Shown: positions 1 through 12,779 of the stretch, in pieces
Layout of the letters: every line of letters begins with the position of its first letter
Numbering within the stretch: the stretch's first letter is position 1
Program-made: the position numbers and the translations under genes
DNA from: Heptranchias perlo
Lineage: Eukaryota
Length of the DNA: 64,000 nt
Assembly (NCBI RefSeq): GCF_035084215.1
Contig: NC_090340.1
Span: 3,162,001-3,226,000, forward strand
Reading direction: 5' to 3'
Notes under the pieces: model-generated
The model's database searches: none
Told to the model about the DNA's origin: nothing
What the model saw: only the letters and a program-made list of their open reading frames with translations

Positions 1-2300
1 GCAAAACTTCCTCTGCTTTACATTATCGCCCTCTGGTTATAAAGGCTAATGTTACTTTAGCAGTTTTGATTATTTTTTGCACCTGACTACAACGATTTAA
101 TAATCAATGTGGAAGGACACCTAAATCTCTTTGGACCTCCATTGTTCGTAGATTGTCACCATTTAAAAATATTCGCATTTATCTTTTCTTGGTCCAAAAT
201 TGTTGACCTCACCCTTAATTGCATTGAAATCGAGCTGCCAACGCTTTGCCCACTAACTTAATCTATCAATGTCTCTTTTTAATTTCATGCTCCTGTCTGC
301 ACGACTTATAATGCCCACAGTCTTTGTGTCATCGGCAAACTTAGATATATTTCTCTCTATTGAGTTATCTAAGTCATTAATCAATACAATGAATAGTTGA
401 GGCTCCAGCACAGATACCTGTGGACAACACCAGTCAACTTCCAATTCGAGTAAATTGCCGTTATCCCCACTTTCTGTCTTCTACTGCCTAATCAATGTCT
501 AAAACAGATCGATAATTTGCCTTCAATTCCATGAGCTTTAAATTGAGCTACCATTCCCTTATATGGATTATTATCAAATGCTTTCTGGAAGTCCATATAC
601 ATTACATCCGTAGACATCCTTCAGTTACTTGCTCAAAAAATTCCATTAGGTTCCTTAGACATGACATCACTTTTACAAATCCATGTTGGCTCGCTTTAAT
701 GAACTCAGATTTCTCTGCGTGCTAAGAGACTCTGTCATTAATTATCTATTCCAATAAGTTCTCCACATCAGATGTTAGACTAATAGGTCTATACTTTCCT
801 CGTTTCTCTCTCACTCACCTTTCTTAAATAACGGAGTTACATTTGAAATTCTCCAATCTAAAGGGAGAATTCCTGAAAGAGAGAGCTTTGGAAGATTATG
901 GCTGAAGCGTTTTCAATTTCCTCACTTGCTTCCTTTAAACCCTGGGGTGGAAACGTTCAAGTGCCGTGGATTTGTCAGTCTTTCGTGGCATCACTTTTTC
1001 TAATTCTGTTTTCTTGCTCACGGTAATTTTAGTGATTTCCAGTCCTTGATTCATTATTCGTTTGGTTGGAATATCAGGTATATTAACCTCTTCCTTTGTT
1101 GTGAAGTCTGATGCAAAGTAATTATTCAACAAGCCAGCTATTTCCTTTTTTTCATTTTCAAGATTACACGCAGCTGTTTTCAAAATGTCCACAACATCCT
1201 TGACTGCCCGTTTTCTTCCAAAATAATTGGAAAAATGTTTTGTATTAATCTTGCCATCCCTCACAAATTCCTTTTCCTAGTCTCTTTTTGCAGCTCTTTC
1301 TATCTTTTTTTCTTCCTTTGCTGTTCTTTATATCTCTCCCGTCCCCTGGATCTACGCGATTATTTTCATCTTTGTATGCTCTTTCCTTTAGTTTTATGTT
1401 ATCTCTCACTTCTTTTGTCGACCATGGCTGTTTTATCTGGTAATTAGTGCTCTTGGCCCTTTCGGGATATACACTCTATTAAGCTATTTTTTTTGAAAAC
1501 CTCCCACTGTTCATTTGTAGTTTTATCCGATAAGAGCTTTGGCCAGTTTGCTGTCGTCAGCCCCTCTCTCATCCCGTTAAATTTGGCCTTACCAACATCT
1601 GCCCCCTTAGTAACTGTGTTAATTTTCTCCACTTCAAACCTAACATTACATTCCATTATATTATGATCACTCTGAGATAATTACCGATGTCTGGCTCAAT
1701 ACTCATTATTACATCTAGTACGAACTGCTCTATTGTTAATTCTACAATATATTGCTCCAGAAAACAATCTTCAATGCGCTCAAGAAATGTATTACCTTTC
1801 TGACTCCGCTCTTCCCTATCTATATGAAAATTAAAGTGTCCTATTAAAACGACACTGATTTTGTTACAAGCCTCTGTAATCTCTGAATTCATACATTCTG
1901 ACACTTCATTGCTGCTATCATGGGGCCTGGAGACAACGCTCATTACAATTTAAAGTCCTCTCTTATTTCTCGAATCTAACCATAGAGTTTCTGTTGATTG
2001 CTATCCCTTACCTATATCTTCTCTTACTAATGTCGTAATAGAATATTTAATCAGTAAGGCTATCTCTCCTCCTCTTCCAGTATCACTATCCTTTTCAAAG
2101 ACCTCACAACCTGGAATATTTAACGCCCAAATATGTCCAGTTACAGCTATATCTCAGTAATGACCACCATGGCATGCCCTTTAGCTACATTTCGCCTCTA
2201 ATTCACCCAATTTATTCATCATGCTCCGTGCATTAGTATATAAAACTCTTATTTGGCAAGAGACCATAACCTGTCCTTCTACCCTGATGCTGTCTTTCTC
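1..2300 (-). mobile_element. Decayed CR1 LINE ORF2 fragment (RT and APE endonuclease remnants)
   Basis: Minus ORFs contain the RT motif LINDLDN..ISKFADDTK (253-444) and the APE remnant VLIGHFNFHID..FLEQYIVELT (1656-1943); many stops and deletions. Paralogous to 50202-50722 plus 54258-55790. Confidence 0.85.
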
Positions 2301-4898
2301 ACGCTGCTTAATTTAACACGTTTCTTATTTGTCACTCCTGCTATAATTGCTTTAGTTATTTTTGTTTATCTTTCACCAGGAGTGTTTGCATCACTGTTTG
2401 TGACCTGAACTCTGCTGTTATCCGTTTCATTAATGTATAAAGTATATGTTTTACTTTTATTTCTGACTGAGACCGCCCTCCAATTTACCATTCTATTTAT
2501 CCTTTCCGCTAGCATTGTTCGTCACCTTTTATTCGTTTATCTGTTCAGTGACTTGAGCGATTCATATCTGGTTCTTGATTTAATAATTTTACCATGATTT
2601 TCTGAGGAGTTGCCCCGGTCTGCTGCCTGAACACCGGTGGGAGATCGGGGCAACCATTGGAGCAACGGGAACGAAAAGGAATGGTATGGGCTATTCATGA
2701 GCTTATCCCCGGATTCCGCTGATTTCCTACAAAATTTACAGGGATAGCTGGGCACAATGGCCGAGGATTTTCAAGGCTTTTAAATTATTCAGTTGGAAGT
2801 CTTTTCTTGCAGCAACTGAAATAGCTAACGTGCAAAATAAGCGATTATACAAAATTGAAAAGAAAATGTATCATATATTTAACATAAGCATGTATTAATT
2901 TAATTGTCGTTTCCATCTTAGATTTCCTTTAATAAGATTTTTTTCAATGCCTCATCCGCTCCCAGAAGTCTCGATTTGGCCATGATATTTTCCCCAGCGC
3001 TGTCGCAAAATGAGCTGAAATTAGGATATGTTGTATGTGCCGTATCAGTTGCATTTAGTCAGCTGTTGATTTTTCCACAAAAAGGCGAAATGTTAGAATA
3101 TTTATTCAAAAAAAAGTTTACTTTCAGTGTTTAAGGAAATGCAGGCCTGTTTTGTGCGTGTGTCAGTGAGAGAGAGGGAGAGAGCGAACTTTACAAAAAA
3201 TAGCATTATGTGTCATACCTCTATTAATATTTGTACTCTGTTCTATAAATTGCAGAAAGTTTATTAAGCTGAGGAACAGAGAGGGAGAGAAACTTTTGTC
3301 TTAAATTGCGAAGGGAAAGGCACAACAGGCAGAGATTGAGAGAGGGGAGGGACAGAAGAGAAAGTTAAAGCCTTTCTTCAGGTTGATATTTTCACACAAA
3401 AAATGCATTTTGAGGCATATAATGGCTTTATCTGTGACATGTTTTCTTGACATTTACTACGTTTTAATAGTAATTTCTTGTAGCTGTGAGACGCACATTC
3501 TAATTTCTAACAGAAGAATCTGCGTCAGAGGGGACACTTCCACTCCACAAAAATGGATGATAGCAAATTGGCAGAAAATCGGGCGCGGTGCAAGACGGGT
3601 TGCCAATTCTCTTACAGCCGTTTTGCGCAAAGAAATAAAAGTTAAAAAATACCCCCAGAGAGAGAGATAGGAGAGGTGTAGACAACCAGTGACTTTTGAT
3701 CTTTCGAATTTAATTGCTTTCAAAATGTAAGGTATATTTTCAAATCAAGCACAGTTTGTAATATGAAGGTCTGGAAATATTCCATAGATTTACTTAACAT
3801 TTACAGCACAGAAACAGGCCATTCGGCCCAACTGGCCTATGCTGTTGTTTATGCTCCACACAAGCCTCCTCCCACGCGAGTTCATCTAACCCTATCTGTA
3901 TATCTCTCTGTTCATATCTCCTTTATGTGCGTATCTAGCTTCACCTTCAAGGCATCTATGCTGTTCGCCTCAGGAACTCCATATGGCAGCAAATTCCACA
4001 TTGTATCAACTCTCTGGGTAAAGAAGTTTCTTCTGAGTAGTAGCAGGTAGTCATCGGCAAAGGGTAAGGTTGCCTTAGACCTCACAGCAAGGGAGTGGGA
4101 CTAATTGGATCGGTGTATTAAATTGGCGGCAAAGACACGATGGGCCGAATGGCCGTATTCTGTCCTGTAAGATTCTATGATTCTACGATTCATCACACAC
4201 TTTGGAGGGGCGAGTGGAAGTGCAGACTTGACGGAGTGGGAGTTCCATAGCAGCAAAAATGTGGCTGAAGCATGAATATTTGTGGATAAGGTGGACAAGA
4301 AATAGTAGGTACCAGAGCTTCCCTATAATCCCACCTAAATTGCAGCAGGGAGCCATTAGTTGCACTTTTGCTCTTACACAACACACAGTGCCACGCACCA
4401 CCTCCGACTTCCACTGTTAGAGCATGAATGCAGACAAGGAAGCAGAGGCGGATTGAGAGTGAAGCAACACGGACTTAGGGACAGAGAGCATCAGGGGCAA
4501 AAGTAAGAGGCAGAAGTCGAAGAGGGGAGACGGCGACAGAAACATTATTACCAAGACAACTGAGATAGTTAAGGGAGAGACCATGGATCTGAAATTGTAT
4601 GGGGTATCACTGATCTGGCGTCACATTTTGCATGCGAGACGAACGAAATCCCAGACAAACCACGTAGACAGCTAAACATAACAATTTAAACTATTTATAT
4701 GGGGTTGCTGCAAATTTTCCATCGAAGTTATAGGGGGACACGAACGACAGCCGCACAGTTTTATGGCCTCCGCTATTTACATGGGTGTTCCACTGTTGCC
4801 TGCTAAAGTTGTGGCAAGTGCCCGGGACAAACCTGCAGAAAATTTCAGAACTTTTATCTTATATCTATATTCGGTTATTTCAGTTCCTCACATTTCAG

Positions 4899-4969
4899 AA
4901 TGTGATGATTCACAATCCCAGACTTGGTACGATAATGCAACCCTTGTTACTGATCAGTTAGATTTTTAA
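4899..4969 (+). other. Candidate alternative 3' exon (secretory-type tail) of IgSF gene 1: ECDDSQSQTWYDNATLVTDQLDF*
   Basis: Pyrimidine tract plus catttcAG at 4898; phase-1 compatible with the C1 exon; frame and stop conserved in the paralogue at 58162-58232. No transcript evidence. Confidence 0.3.
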
Positions 4970-4993
4970 GTGGGATTTCTCTTTATTTTGCAG

Positions 4994-5107
4994 ATACCGA
5001 TCGTGGCTTTCCACTCGTGATAATATGTATCTGTATAGGGGTTGGAATGTTAATTCTACTATTGGTGATCATCATAGTGAAACTACTTAAATTACATAGA
5101 TTCGAAG
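4994..5107 (+). CDS. IgSF receptor gene 1, transmembrane exon (DTDRGFPLVIICICIGVGMLILLLVIIIVKLLKLHRFE); donor mutated, read-through stop at 5128-5130
   Basis: ttttgcAG acceptor, 114 nt, phase 1-1; hydrophobic stretch followed by basic stop-transfer residues; 107/114 nt identical to 58257-58370; the homologous donor reads CTAAGC instead of GTAAGC. Confidence 0.85.
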
Positions 5108-5179
5108 CTAAGCATTCTCGTTGTATCTAGTATCCCATGATTGTTTTACGTCTAAAATATTACAGAATCGTAGTATCAT

Positions 5180-8100
5180 AGAATGATACAGCAAAGAAGG
5201 AGGTCATTTAGCGCACCGTACTTGTCCCGGCTCATTGAAAGTGCGATGCAATTAGTTCCATTCACCATAGCCCTGCAATTTTCCCTCTTTAAAGTATTCC
5301 CTTTTAAATGTTATTATTGAATCTGCTTCCACAACCCTTTCAGGCAGTGCATTACTGATCATAAAAACTCGACGCATAAAAAGAAATTCCCCCCATCTGG
5401 CCTCTGCTTATTTTGTAAATTACATAAGAACATAACAAATTGGAGCAGGAGAAGGCCACACAGCACCTCGAGACTGCTCTGCCATTCAATATGATCATGG
5501 CTGATCTTCGACCTCAACACTTGTTTCCTGCCCTATCCACATATCCTTCCATTCCCTTAATTTCCAAATATCCATCGATCTCAGTCTTAAATATACTCAA
5601 CGACTAAGCATCCATAGCCCTCTGGGGTAGAGAATTCCAAAGATTCACAACCCTCTGCTTGAAGAAATGTTTCCTCAGCTCAGTCCTAAATGGCCGACAC
5701 CTAATCTTGAAAGTATGCCCCTAGTTTTAAATTCTACAGCCAGGGGAAACAGCCTCTCAGCACCTCCCCTGTCAAGCCCTCTAAGAAATGTATACGTTTC
5801 AATGAGATCTCCTCTCATTCTTCTAAACCTCAGATAATATAGGCCCATACTACTCAATCTCTCCTCATAGGACAACCCTCCCACCCCACGAATCAATCCA
5901 GTGAAACTTCGTTGCACCCCCTCTAAGACAAGTATATCGTTCCTTAGGCAAGAAGACCAAAACTGTACATGGTACACCAGGTGTTTTCTCACCTGTGCCC
6001 TCTCCAATTGCAGCACGATTTCCTTGCTCTTATACTCCAGCCCCCTTGCAATAAAGGCTAACATATTATTTGCTTCCTAATTGCTTGCTATACTTACATT
6101 TTTTAATTTCTATAATTCATGTACAAATCACACAAATCCCCCTGATTACCAACATTTCTTACTCTATCACCTTTTAAAAAATATTCTGTTTTTCTATTCT
6201 TCTTATCGAACTGGATAATTTCACATTTCCCCACTTCAGAATACATCTGACAATCTTCTCGCCCACTCACCTAACCTGTCGATATTCATTTGCAGTCTCT
6301 GTGCATCCGCCTCACAGCTTACTTTCCCACGTAATTTTGTATCATCATCAAACCGTGGACACATTACACTAGGTCCCTTCATCTAAGACATTGGTATAGA
6401 TTGTAAGCAGCTGAGGCCCAAGCACTGATCCTTGCGGCAATCCACTGGATACAACTTGCTAACCCGAAAATACCCGTTTATTCCTTCTCTCTGTTTTCTG
6501 TCCATTAACCAATCCTCAATTCATGCTAATGTATCACCCCCAATCCCATGAGCCATAATCGTATGTAACAATCTCTTGTATGGCAACTTATCGAATGACT
6601 TTAGAAAATCCAAATATGCAATATCCACTGATTCCCCATTATCTGCCTTGCTATTTACACCTTCAACAAACTCTTAATACATGTGTCAATTGCCTTTAAT
6701 CTGTATGCCCTGGCTATCGATCTTTCTTCCACTGGAAAAGTTTCTTCTGATTTACTCGATCAAAACACTTCATGACTTCGAACGCTTCGAATCAATATCC
6801 TTAATCTTCTCTGCTCCAAAGAGAACAACCCCAGCTTATCCAGTCTCCCGTAACTGAAGTCCCACATCCCTGGTCCATTCGAGCATATCTCTGTGCATCC
6901 ACTCTGAGGCCATGACATCCTTTGTAAACTCTCGTTCCAAGAATTAGACACAATGATCCAGCTGGGGCCGAACAAGTGATTGATAAATGTATAGCATCAC
7001 TTCTTGGCTTTTGCACTGTGCGCCTCAGTTTAAATAGCCAACGATCACATATGCTTTTTTTTACAGCATTCAAAACTTGTCCTGCCACATTCAAAGATTT
7101 GTGTAACATACAAACATAGAAAATAGGAGTCGGAGTAGGTCTTTCGGCCCTTCTAGCCTCCTCCACCATTCAATATGATCATGGCTAATCCTCCATCTCA
7201 ATACCATATTCCTGCTTTCTCCCCAGACCCCTTGATGCCTGCTGATTCTAGAAATCTATTTATCTCTTTATTAAATATAATCACTTTCTACCACAGCCCT
7301 CTATGGCAGAGAATTCCACAGGTTCACCACCTTCAGAGTGAAGATATTTCTCCTCATCTCAATCCTAAATGTCCTAACCAGAATCCTGAGACTGTGACCC
7401 CTCGTTCTGGAGACCCAGTCAGGGGAAAACATCCTCCCTGTACCCAGTCTGTCTAGCCAAGTTTGAATTGTATACGTTTCAATGAGATCCCCTCTCATTC
7501 TTCTAAACTCTAGTGAATGCAGGCCTGGTCGACCCAATCTCTCCTCAAACAACAGTCCTGCCATCCCAAGAATAAGTCTGCTGAACCATTGCTGCACTCC
7601 CTCTATGGCAAGTCTATCTTTTCTTAGGTAAGGAGACCAAAACGGCACACAATACTCCAGGTGTGGTCTCACCAAGGCGCTCTATAATGCAGTACGACAC
7701 CTTTGCTCTTGTACTCAAATCCTCTTGCAATGAAGTCCAACATACCATTTGCCTTCCTAACTGCGAGCTGCACCTGCATGTTTGCTTTCAGTGACTGGTG
7801 TACAAAGACACCCAGGTCCCTTTATACATAACCATGTCCCAATCTATCACCAATTAAATAATAATCTGCCTTTCTGTTATTCCTTCCTTTATAATACACT
7901 CTAGAAATTTTCCCCAGTACTGATTTTAGGCTAACCGGTCTGTAGTTCCCTGTTTTCTCTCTCCCTCCTTCTTGAAATAGTGGGGTTACATTTGCCACCC
8001 TCCAAACTTCAGGAACTGTTCCATAATCTATAGAATTTTGGAAGATGACAACCAATGCATCCAGTATTTTCATGGCTACCTCTTTTGGTACTGTAGGATG

Positions 8101-8460
8101 CAGATCATCAGGCCCTGGAGATTTATCGGCTTTCAGTCCCGTTGATTTCTACAGCACTATTTTTTTACTAATACTAATTTCCTTTAATTCCCCTTCTGAC
8201 TAGACCCTTGGTTCCCGAGCATTTCTGGGAAATTATTTGTGTCCTTTTCCGTGAAGACAGAACCAAAGTATGTGTTTAATTGCTCTGCTATTTGTTCAAT
8301 TGCTCTGCTATTTCTTTGTTCCCCATTATAAATTCTCCCATTTCTGACTGTATGGGACCAATATTTATCGTCACTAATCATTTTGTTTTTAAACACTTGT
8401 AGAAGCTTTTTTGTTTCTTGCAAGTTTGCTCTCATATTCTATTTTTCCCCACGTCTCTCT
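5180..8460 (-). mobile_element. Cluster of nested CR1 LINE 3' fragments
   Basis: ORFs 5675-6064, 7301-7675 and 7822-8073 carry CR1 ORF2 motifs (VRPHLEYCVPFWSPYLRKD, RRMRGDLIETY, NYRPVSL); CR1 tail repeats cataagaacata and catagaaaata. Confidence 0.88.
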
Positions 8461-8479
8461 GTTCCTGCTTTAAAATTTC

Positions 8480-11400
8480 GTTTCTTTTGCCTCTCCTCGT
8501 CCTTCCTGGCAAAATGCATCACTTCACACTCCTCTTTGTTAAATCACATCTGCCCATTTCACCAGTCTGCCGATATCCTCCTGAAGTCTGTAACTGTCCT
8601 CCTCACTGTTTGCTACATTTCTGATTTTCGTGTCATCTTCAGCTTTGAAATTATGCCCTGTATACCCAAGTCCAGGTTATTAATATATATCAAAAATAGC
8701 AGCGGTCATAATATCGACCCTTGGAGGACACCACTATATAATTCCTACAGTCTGTAAAACAACCGTTCCTCAGTTCTCTCTCCCTTCTGTTGCGCTTAGT
8801 CTTTTTCGTATCCATGCTGCCATTGCCCTTTGAATGCCATGTGTTTCAATTCTGCTAACAAGTCTATTATGTGGTACTTTATTAAAACCCATTTAAAAGT
8901 CCATATGCATAAAATATCAACCTTACGACCTTAATTAATCCTCTCCGTGACTTCATCAAACAACTCAATCAGGTTAGTCAAGCACAATTTGCCTTTAATC
9001 AATCTGTGCTGGCTGCCAATTATTAACGCATCAATTTCCATGTGAGGATTATTTTTTGTCACGAAATATTGGTTAAAAATTGGATGGGTGCCGTTTTTGG
9101 GTGCGGATAGCGCGATGTGCTATTACCCCGCGCCCAATGACCCCTACGTAGGCAGTACGCAAGATTCTGCGGACCCCAAGGACTCACATGCAATCAGTAT
9201 TCCATTCCGGGCCTCGCACGTGGAATCAATGCAATTCTCACTTTCCCCACTAGGGGGAGCTCAGTCTCTTAAGTGGAGGATTTTTATTCGAAATCACTTA
9301 AAGGTAGCAGGTACCCGTTATTTTCTGAAAATAACAGTCTACTGTCCACATTTAGTCTGTACTGAGATCCGACATCGAACACGTAAAACACAGATGCAGG
9401 TCCCATCACTATGTTTACACACTGATGAGTTATGTTAAAACATTGAATAAAGGTTGCAGACGACTAAATCCTACATCCTCCAACCTGCATGCCAGTCCTC
9501 ACCAATCTGCCGATTGGAGATGATAGCAGGACTGCGAGGATGCCTGCACCAAGTTTCTCTGCTGATGTACTAGAGACCTTGGTGCAAGAGGTGGACAGAA
9601 GGAGGGACACCCTATATCTGAGGGAGGGGGAGCAAGCTGCCCTCCAAACATATATCCAAAAGACATTGGAGGATGAATTTAAATCCAGGCGCACAGCATC
9701 ATGAAGATGGATGCAGTGCAGGAAGAAGTTCAATGCTTTGACATGAGTGGTCAAGGTGAGTGAGGTCAACTCTCAAGTGACGTTTTCAAACAACTGCTCC
9801 ATGCACCACACTCCATCATCCACATACCAAAAATCTCTTTCCATCAGTACTCAACTCTTCCAACAAGATGCTTCCTCTCACCCTTACACATTACCACTGT
9901 TGCAAGCCACCGACTCACAACTCACAGGCCACACACACTAGCTATTCAACAATGACAGGTACATCACACAGACACACGTCCCACATTCTTGCAGGAATAG
10001 GTGGCGCACATCAGGAGGCAGCAAGTGGAAGTGGCATTTTGCCCCTCGAGCCTGTTCCACCATTCAATGAGATCATGGTGCACCTGTGACCTAACTCCAT
10101 ATACCCATCTCAGCCTCATATCCCTTAATACACTTGGTTCACAGATATCTATCAATTTCAGATTTAACATTCACAAGTGAGCTAGCACCACCTGCCGTCT
10201 GCAGAAGAACATTCCAAAACTCTCCCACCCTTTGCGTCGAGAAACCTTTCCTAACTTCACTCCTGCACATCCTGGCTCTAAATGTTAGGCTATGTCCTCG
10301 CATCCCAAAAGACTTCCAAAAACAGTTATACAAGTCTCGGCAGCCAGAAGTAATATTGCAGTCACTGACCTGTAATTCCTGCGTGTTCCCTTTAAATAGC
10401 ACTGCTGGGGCGGGTCCTCCAGGCACTGTAAGACACGTTCAGATGGTCGGACTGTGTGTTCAGTTGAGCGTTGAGTCCCAAAATGGTGTCCATCACTTTA
10501 AATTACCGTTGCACACTGATTGAAGCCATTTTCACCCTACTTTACACGATTCCAGCGTTTGTTATCTGCGCCTGCGCTAACTCCTATACCAAGATGGCGT
10601 CCGGTACAGGTCACAATGGAAATATGCGTGCGCATCCAAGACGCCTTCTGGACAGTCGGAAAGGCCGAATTGAGCCAAAACACCGGGCGCTACTCGGTCG
10701 AATTTAGCTCCCTCGTGCATCAGCGGAGAACCGTGATGCATGCACTCTCGCTGGCTTGTTACCAACTCAGATCGGCAGATTGTTGAGTTCTGGCGTGCAG
10801 ATTGGGAATTGAGATTTAGTGGTGTGCAACCTTTACTCAATGGTTAAACACAACTCATCATTGTGTATACATAAGGATGGGACCTGCATCAGCGTTTTAC
10901 GTGTGCAATGTCTGATCTCTGTTCAGACTCCATGCAGATAGTAGAATGTTATTTTCAGGAAATAACAGTTACCAGCTAGCTTTAAGAGATTTCTTAGAAC
11001 TATTCACCCTTTAAGAGATTGCGCTCCCTCTGGTGGTGGAAAGTGAAAATTGCATTGATTCCAGATGCAAGGCCTGGAAAGGAACGCTGATTGCAGGTAA
11101 ATGTTTCGGTGGTTCCAAACTTGCGTTCTGCCTGTGCAGGGGCCATTGGGCACGGGGTACCAGCGCATCTCCTCCAAAACGGCCACTGTCGAATTTTTCC
11201 ACCATCCTTCCCTTAAGGGATTGAGCTCCCCTGATGGTGGAAAATGCAAATTGCATTGAATCCACGTGCAAGGCCCCGAATGGAATGTTGATGGCAAGGG
11301 AGTCCTTGGGGCGGCAGAAACTCGCTTCCTGTCTGTGCAGGGGTGTGGGGTAATAGAGCTTCACGCTACCCGCACCCAAAAACGGCCCCTGTCCATTTTT

Positions 11401-12275
11401 CCCCCAATGTGTCTAAAAGTTTCACCACCAATAACTTTAGACTGACTGGCCTGTACTTGCCCGTTTTATACTTCTCCACTTTTTTGAATGGGGGTTGAAC
11501 ATTTGCACTCTTACATGCGTCTGGCACCGATCACATATGTGAGGAGAATTGGAAGATTGTGGTCAGAATTTGCTCTATCTCTATCCTTACTTCCCTCAGC
11601 AATCTAGAATGCATCCCATCCGGACAGGGTGACTTTTCTACTTTAAGCTCTGACAGCATTTTAAGTACCTCCTCTTTATCTATTTTATCCTATCCCATTT
11701 CTCTGCTTCCTCCTTCTTTACTGTGACATTGTTAGCTTCCACTTCTTTTGTGAAGACAGATGCAAAGTACTCATTTAGTAAATGAGCATAGCCCGCCGCC
11801 TCCACAAAAAGAGCTTTTTCTTTGTCCCCAGTCAGCACCACCCTTCCTTTGACTAATCTGTCATTATTTCTATGTGGATAAAAAAAAATCAGGATTCCCT
11901 TTTATGTTGCCCGTTAATCTATTCTCATGTACTCACATTGCAACTCTTATTTACATTTTTCAGCTCTCCTCTCTACTCTATGTGTATAATTTGATTCCCT
12001 ACTGTGTTATGAGCCTACTATTTATCATAAGACACATTTTTCTATTTCATTTTAATCTTTGTATCTTCAGTCATCCAGGGAGCTCTTAGCTTGCGATGCA
12101 CTTCCTTTTCCTCTCGTTGGAATGTTTCTAGGCTGTACAGGAAGTATGGACGCTTTGAAGGCCTCCCAGAGCTCATTTACTGTTTTATCTGCCAATCTTC
12201 CAATCCACCTGGGCCAGATCCCCTTTCAACTTACTGAAATTAGCCCACCTCCAGTTAAGTATTTTCACGTTTGAT
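8480..12275 (-). mobile_element. CR1 LINE fragment split by the Harbinger-type insertion at 9071-11405
   Basis: RT-region sequence at 8480-9070 resumes collinearly at 11406 (tttgtcacgaaata...tgtgtctaaaagtttcaccacc). Confidence 0.75.
9071..11405. mobile_element. Non-autonomous PIF/Harbinger-type DNA element with long terminal inverted repeats and a Myb/SANT-like ORF remnant
   Basis: Left end ggttaaaaattggatgggtgccgtttttgggtgcgg matches the reverse complement of right end ccgcacccaaaaacggcccctgtccatttttcccc; inverted similarity spans about 9071-9460 vs 10822-11405; ORF 9489-9704 FSADVLETLVQEVDRRRDTLY resembles Harbinger Myb/SANT-like protein; contains a CR1 tail at about 10030-10307. Confidence 0.75.
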
Positions 12276-12779
12276 TATAATTTTGACTAAAAAAGCGGAT
12301 ATTATCATTGCACCAGTGGAAATCAAGATTCGATCAGACCTAAGAACAATTGCCGACTATTTTGTAAACAAAAGAATTAGTGCAACCGGACAAACAGCGA
12401 CTGGAACAAGAGATAAAAGGACCACAATGTTTGACTGAAACTTACTTCGGACAAATGGGCTATAACATTCCATGCGATGCCATCAGTCTCTCATGCCAAC
12501 GTCATAACTGGCTCAAAATGACTTTTTAAGTTAGTCCCCTCAAGGTGCAGCCGGTTCTGCAGCAAAGTTTAAAGCAGGAGACTTGGAGAACCGTGACGAT
12601 ATTACAGAGCCATGCCTGTAGAATATCTCATCTCTCTTGGTAATTTGAGCTGCAACTTACAATTGAACTAATCCGTAACAAGGGTTGCATAGCTGCTTTA
12701 ACAAAGGGATTGTGAACCATCACTCGCTGAAATCAAAGGAAATGTGACGATAATAACGAAATTAAAGATATTTTCTAGA

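Larger units (their letters stand above)
1..7805 (+). repeat. Segmental duplication copy A (paralogous to 50202-63195)
   Basis: Position 1 gcaaaacttcctctgc aligns to 50202 gcaaaacttcctccgc; collinear similarity runs through unique DNA (2537-2755 vs 56058-56276, 3763-4050 vs 57305-57595), the TM exon and nested CR1s. Confidence 0.92.
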
